Assembly (NCBI GenBank): GCA_963920595.1
Contig: OY986948.1
Coordinates: 434,001 to 498,000 of the forward strand
From: Eimeria praecox
Taxonomy: Eukaryota
DNA length: 64,000 nt
Reading direction: 5' to 3'
Shown: positions 57,987 to 64,000 of the stretch, one piece after another
How positions within the stretch are numbered: the stretch's first letter is position 1
Layout of the letters: the number at the start of each line of letters is the position of its first letter
The notes under the pieces: generated by a model
Told to the model about the DNA's origin: nothing
Database searches by the model: none
The model's input: only the letters and a program-made list of their open reading frames with translations
Program-made: the position numbers and the translations under genes

Positions 57987-58396
57987 CAGAGGAGCATTTT
58001 CTGCAGGAGCATATAGTTTGTTCTATGTGCATGAGGCATATATGTGCTGCTGCTGTTGCTGCAGCAGCAGCAACAAACTCCTCTACACTATTATAAACCC
58101 GCAATAAACCTACTAGTGGTCTGCTTCCGCTCTTCAAACATTTAGAAGCAAAGGCAGGGAGACACATTAAACCTGTTCGACGGCTGCTTCCTGCTGCTGC
58201 TGCTGCTGGTGGGGGAGGTGCTCCTGCTGCTGCTCCTGCTGCTGCTGCTGCTGCTGCTTCTGCTTCTGCTGCTTCAGGAGAATGCAGAGGAGAAGAACTA
58301 TCATCGCCATCTAACCAATCTTGCAGCAGCAGCTGCTGCTGCTGCTGCTCTTCCTCTTGATCTTGCTGCTGTAGTCTACTACTTGCTTGTTGCTCA

Positions 58397-58434
<38 letters not shown>

Positions 58435-58579
58435 TTGTCCGACCTGCTGCTGCTGCTGCTGCTGCTGCTGCGCCTCCTGCAGCAATTGCTGCACTATATC
58501 GAGAGATTCCGCATCAATACGAACTCGACAAGGACCAGCAGCATGTTGCTGCTGCTGCTGCTGCTGCTGTCCTGTTTGC

Positions 58580-58617
<38 letters not shown>

Positions 58618-58764
58618 CAGCGGCTTTGCTGCTGTACAGGTGTATGTAGCTATGAGGGGAACCCACGGAGTAGTTAGTCTCCAATCTTTGAGTTTTATTT
58701 CTGAGAGACGACGCCAGAAAGAAACTTCAATCAAAAAAGAAAATGGCTGGAAGGCTACAAGGTC

Positions 58765-58821
<57 letters not shown>

Positions 58822-58966
58822 TTGATGGTGCTGCTGCTGCTGATGATGCTGTTGATGGTGATGTTGATGATGATGATGTTGTTGATGGGGTTGAGGATGT
58901 TGATGGTGCTGCGGTGGAGGCTGTTGCAGGTGCTGTGGTGCGTGCTGTTGCAGCAGCCGCTGCTGC

Positions 58967-59001
<35 letters not shown>

Positions 59002-59121
59002 TTGCTGTTGCTGCTTCCTTGAGTGCTGCTGCTTCTCATCTTGCTGCTGCTGCTGCTGCTGCTGCTGCTGAGCCTCAGACAGCAGGGAGCAGCTAGAAGT
59101 TGCTTCCTTCTTGTCATTCAT
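48075..59121 (-). CDS. ATG7: Autophagy E1-like activating enzyme ATG7, about 1,513 aa, 8 exons
   Basis: Exons 59121-55721, 54662-54546, 54288-54201, 52763-52661, 52380-52239, 51160-50999, 49909-49602 and 48295-48075 are phase-consistent. Motifs include [93 protein letters not shown], catalytic [13 protein letters not shown] and CSCCS. Confidence 0.96.
51524..51668. repeat. (ATATTA)n repeat in an ATG7 intron; similar fields at about 55235-55680
   Basis: Tandem hexamer run. Confidence 0.9.
53974..55231. repeat. Telomere-like arrays in alternating orientation through ATG7 introns 1-3
   Basis: On +: AAACCCT-like at 53974-54065, TTTAGGG at 54118-54190 and 54310-54540, and AAACCCT at 54670-55231. 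Confidence 0.9.
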
Positions 59122-59320
59122 TGCTGCTGCTTCTGCTGTTGCTGTTGCTGCTGCTGCTGCTGCTGCTTCTGCTTCTGCTGCTGCTGCTGCTGCTGTTGCT
59201 GCTGCTGCAGGGAGCGGCAGCTACAGCAGCAGCTGTCTCTTCAGAAGCTGTGCTGCTGCTCCGAGGAGCCGTCCCCCTGTGCTGCTGCGAGCAGACCATC
59301 CGAGCTAAAGCAGCAGCTGC

Positions 59321-59367
<47 letters not shown>

Positions 59368-59469
59368 TTGCTGCTGTTGTCTATGGAGTTGTATCCACAC
59401 TTAGTAGATTAACGAGAAAACCACAATGTTATATTTCAACTAACAAAGCGACAGCTGCTGTTGCTGCTG

Positions 59470-59503
<34 letters not shown>

Positions 59504-59510
59504 GCAGCAA

Positions 59511-59548
<38 letters not shown>

Positions 59549-59680
59549 CGAGGGTAGCAAGCACCGAATCAGATTCCCTACGGCGTTTGAATCTCAATAA
59601 AATCTTCTACTACATTGCAGTGTACATACACTCTAAAATTGCGTGCTGCTAAGCAGCAGCAGCCAGCTACAGGGACTGGT

Positions 59681-59721
<41 letters not shown>

Positions 59722-59872
59722 GCAGCAGCGTGGGGTCTTTGCTGTGTTCTTCCTTCTACGATGGAGGGGCGTCTGCTGGATATGTTGTATTAAATTAATT
59801 AAATGAGGAGTTTATGAAGTCATATCAACTATCAACGAGCTGTGTTGCTGCTGCGTCGTTCTTCTCTAGCAA

Positions 59873-59930
<58 letters not shown>

Positions 59931-60076
59931 GGCAGCCGCTCCGGCTGGTGCTGCCGACGCCGAGCACCAGCAACAGCGTGTCTGCGACTGCAGCAGCAAC
60001 AACAGCAGCAACAACAACAGCAGCAGCAGCAGCAGCAACTAATTTGACGTACATGAATACAAACTCAACAATTTAG

Positions 60077-60122
<46 letters not shown>

Positions 60123-60317
60123 CACAGCAGCTGCTGCTGCTCTGGATCTTTGGCTACGCAGCCGTGGGGGCCCCTGTCTCCCGCAGCAGCAGCAGCAGCA
60201 ACAGCAGCAACAGCAGCAGCTACCTTCATCTTCAGGAGAGAAGACAGCAGCACAGTGCAGGTTAATGCTGCTCGAACGCTGCAGCAGCAGTGAGGGCAGC
60301 AGCAACAGCAACAGCAG

Positions 60318-60349
<32 letters not shown>

Positions 60350-60497
60350 GCAACAACAGCAGCAACAACAGCAGCAACAGCCACAGCAGCAGCAACAACG
60401 GCAGCAACACCAGCACCAACAACAACAGCAGCAGCAGCCAAAGCAGCAACTGAAAGACAAGCGCAACAGCAACAACAACAGCAGCAGCAACAACAGA

Positions 60498-60531
<34 letters not shown>

Positions 60532-60638
60532 GCAACAGCAGCAGCAGCAGCAAGGAACGTAGCACATCACAGTGGAGAGACGCGGCTGAGGCGCTGCCTC
60601 AGCTGCAGCAGCAGCAGCAGCAACAACAATAAAAACAA

Positions 60639-60688
<50 letters not shown>

Positions 60689-60795
60689 GCAGCAACAGCA
60701 GCAGCAGCAGCAGCAGCCGTGTCTTCAATGCGGCCCCTTCACAGCAAGAGAGCCGTCGAACGCAGCTGCAGCAAGAGAAGCAGAAGCAGCAGCAA

Positions 60796-60831
<36 letters not shown>

Positions 60832-60884
60832 CTGCTGCTATCTAAGAAACAGGCTGCAGCCCTCTGACTTTGGCTGCTTTGAGG

Positions 60885-60914
60885 ATGCCGCAGCAGCAGC
60901 AGCAACAGCAACAA

Positions 60915-60954
<40 letters not shown>

Positions 60955-61023
60955 TGCTCGAGAGCTCGTGTGTACGTAGAACTGCAGCAACACACCCTTT
61001 CCGCTTAGGGGTTTTGCTGCTGC

Positions 61024-61056
<33 letters not shown>

Positions 61057-64000
61057 AGGATATCAGCTGCTCAGCATCAGCTCTTTCATTTCGCCGCTGC
61101 CCTCAGCAGCAGCTGCAGCTGCTGCAGCAGCAGCAGCTGCAGCAGCAGCAGCAGCAGCAGCCGCTGCGTCTGCAGTGGGCCTTCACCTCTCCCCGTCTGC
61201 AGCACGAACTGTGGCGGGGCTCCTCGGGTTCAGCAGCAGCAGCAGCAACAGCAACAGCAGCAACAGCAGCAGCAGCAGCAGCAGCAGGATCGTCTGCTGG
61301 TCTTCAGAGGAGCCGAGGTGTTTCTTATGTGGGTGGGGGCCCCCTAGGGGGGCCCCTTGGGGGCCCTCTTGGGGGCCCCCTTGGGGGCCCCCTTGGGTAT
61401 CCCCTTGGGGGCCCCCGTGGGGGCCCCCTTGGGGCCCCCCTTGGGGGCCCCAAAGGGGTAGAGAGGAGGGTACGGGGGGCCCCCCTTGCTGCGCTTAAGG
61501 GGTGGAGGGGGGCCCTCTTTGGTAGCAGACGAATTCGAATAAGCAGTGAAGATCAAATGAACAGAGCGCTGGCGAGAGGAGTACCCTTAGCGTCCGTAAA
61601 CCCTAAACCCTAAACCCTAAACCCTACGTAAACCCTAAACCCTAATCCCTAAACCCTAAACCCTACGTAAACCCTAAACCCTAAATCTTTATTTTTCTAA
61701 TAAGACGGTAGACAGGATAGAGAGGTCTCGACAATAATAAATGTATGGATTGGATGCTTCTTAATCTGATAGCTTACAATTTAGGGTTTAGGGTTTAGGG
61801 TTTAGGGTTTAGGGTTTAGGGTTTAGGGTTTAGGGTTTAGGGTTTGGTGTGTATATGTGTAGGTCTATGGAGGTGTATGGGGACCTACACTGCCCTCAGC
61901 CTCCCTTCAACCCTGTGTTGCTGCTTCGTTTGCAGCACTTGCTGCAGCACCTGCTAGCAGCAGATAACAGCAGCAGCAGCAGCAGCAGGAGCAGCAGCAG
62001 CAGCAGCAGCAGGGGTTTAGAGGAGGCTCGTATATCTCTAACTCGTTGGCTGTGTGGAAGGAGTGAGGACCCTCAAACATTTAAGAAAGGTGCTGCTGTT
62101 TTGCTGCATCACTGCAGTAGATTATTAGAGCTGTACGTACACCCCGTTGCTTTAGTCCTATATCGTCGTCGTTTATTAGGGGAGGGGCCCTTCAAGGGGG
62201 CCCCCCCAGCTTGTAGTATGCCTGGGGGGGGCCCCCCTCTTTGGAGTATACGGGGTGTTGGATGGGGTACTGAGGGGCCCCAGGGGCCCCAGGGGCCCCC
62301 AGGCCCCTCGTCAGGGTCTGTCTCATCCTCCTCCTCCCCTTTAAGGGGAAGGGGGCCCCCTAGTATGAATATGAGGGGGGCCCCCCATTATAAGGGGGGG
62401 GGCCCCCTCCTTCCCCCCAATAAAACGAATAAGAAAGAGAGGATAGCTTTATCTATAGAAGGAGGAGCGATGAGAGGTTGTGTGAGTGCGGGTATGTGTG
62501 TATGTTTAGACTATTTAGGATTTATAGATATATTTGATGAGATATTAGGGAGTAGTGCTGGGGCTTTAATAGGGGCATTTGCGGTGTCTAGACAGCTAGC
62601 ATATGAGGGGAGTGCTGTATATACAGACTGGCTTCCCTTCAAAACAAAAGATTTTATAAACCCTATATCTTTAGGAAGGGCTTTAGGGTTAGGTTTTCTA
62701 ATTGATAGAGATATCAAGGGGTTTATTTATAATAGATTGGGGGCCCCCCTTATTAATCTAGATGTTTTATTCAAAGATATACTACAAGATAAACAGCCCT
62801 TCAATTGGGAGACCTTCTATGCTAATAATAAAATACAACCCCTTAAGGTAAACCCTAAACAATATAAACCCTAAACCCTAAACCCTAAACCCTAACAATA
62901 AACAGTAAACCCTAAACCCTAACAATAAACCCTAACAATAAATAATTAATAATAAACAGCCTTTCAATTGGGAAACTTTCTATGCTAATAATAAAATACA
63001 ACCCCTTAAGGTAAACCCTAAACCCTAAACCCTAACAATATACCCTAAACCCTAAAGCCTAGATAAAAGTAAACCCTAAACCCTAAAACTAAACAATAAA
63101 CCCTAAACCCTAAATAATAAACCCTAAACCCTAAACCCTAAATAATAAACCCTAAACCCTAAATAATAAACCCTAAACCCTTTCATTAGGACATTTTCTA
63201 TAAAAATAGCAAACACCAACCCCTCAAAGTAAACCCTAAACCCTAAACCCTAAATAATAAACCCTAAACCCTAAACCCTAATAATAAACCCTAAACCCTA
63301 AACCCTAAATGTTTTAAATAGAAGAAGTGGCGTCTACGATTTGTACTTTTGTTTTTTCTTTTTTTATCTTCGGGTGTATCGACAGCTTTCTTACTATCTC
63401 ACATCTTCTATCAAAACTTACAAAATATGTATTATGTTTATTTTGTTTTATTTTATTTAATTTAATTTATTTTATTTTATTTTATCTTAGATTATGTTTA
63501 TTTTGTTTTATTTTATTTATTTTATTTAATTTATTCTATTTTATCTTAGTTTTTTTTTATTTTCTTTTTATTTTCTCTTTATTTTTTTAATTTACTTTCT
63601 TTTCTTTTTATTTTTTTTTAATTTTATTTTTATTTTATTTATTTATTTTTTTTCTTCTTTTGTTTATTTTTCTGTGTATTAAGATAATTGCCTCAGGTCT
63701 TCGTAGTCGTACTTCTGTCTCTCTAGATGCTGAGGGGGGTTTTATAAAAGATATATCTTCTTTGTTTGAGTGCCTCCGAGCTTCGATGTTACTACCTGGA
63801 TTGACAGGCCCTGTTGTTCATTTACCTATATGGGGGCCCCCCTCAGTACCCTCAAGGGGGCCCCCCCCCTCATCAACATCCTCCAATAATGGGGCCCCCT
63901 CATCAACATCCTCCAATAATGGGGCCCCCTCATCAGTACCCTCTAATGGGGCCCCCTCATCAGTACCCTCTAATGGGGCCCCCTCATCAGTACCCTCTAA
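60885..64000 (+). CDS. Patatin-like phospholipase; 3' end lies beyond the window
   Basis: Exon 61863-62847 has the oxyanion motif IEGGAMRG and the nucleophile elbow GSSAG. The exon from 63684 has CLRASMLLPG. The proposed 5' exons are 60885-61595 and a 20-nt micro-exon at 61705-61724 (TVDRIER) that restores phase. The 5' structure is less certain than the domain call. Confidence 0.88.
61598..63308. repeat. Telomere-like arrays in patatin introns
   Basis: AAACCCT at 61598-61685, TTTAGGG at 61779-61845, and AAACCCT variants at 62850-63308. Confidence 0.9.

Overview
Intron-rich eukaryotic DNA that looks like a coccidian apicomplexan, most likely an Eimeria species. The basis is pervasive (CAG/CTG)n repeats encoding poly-Q/A/S, interstitial TTTAGGG/AAACCCT telomere-like arrays, TGCATGCA and GGGGGCCCCC motifs, and a shift from repeat-poor to repeat-rich sequence near 21.8 kb. 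Most ORFs in the supplied track are repeat artefacts, so genes were assembled by hand from GT-AG exons with phase checking. In order: the 3' end of HslU/ClpY (+); the DNA polymerase delta catalytic subunit (-, about 20 exons); a mitochondrial 2-oxoglutarate/malate (DTC-type) carrier (+); a head-to-head pair of small genes with tiny introns that the ORF track largely misses (a 7-exon, 123-aa secreted protein on - and a 4-exon, 138-aa single-pass membrane protein on +); a roughly 4,080-aa gp210/Nup210 nucleoporin homologue (+, 10 exons); a Pro/Gly- and Gln-rich hypothetical protein (-); a possible small basic protein gene (+); ATG7 (-, 8 exons); and a patatin-like phospholipase (+, running off the window). 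The most notable observations are the micro-exon gene pair, the repeat-inflated gp210, copies of exon 3' ends with their donor sites inside downstream introns (one differing only by synonymous changes), and a tendency for telomere-like arrays to be oriented relative to splice sites. Family assignments rest on motifs recalled from known proteins; no database searches were run.
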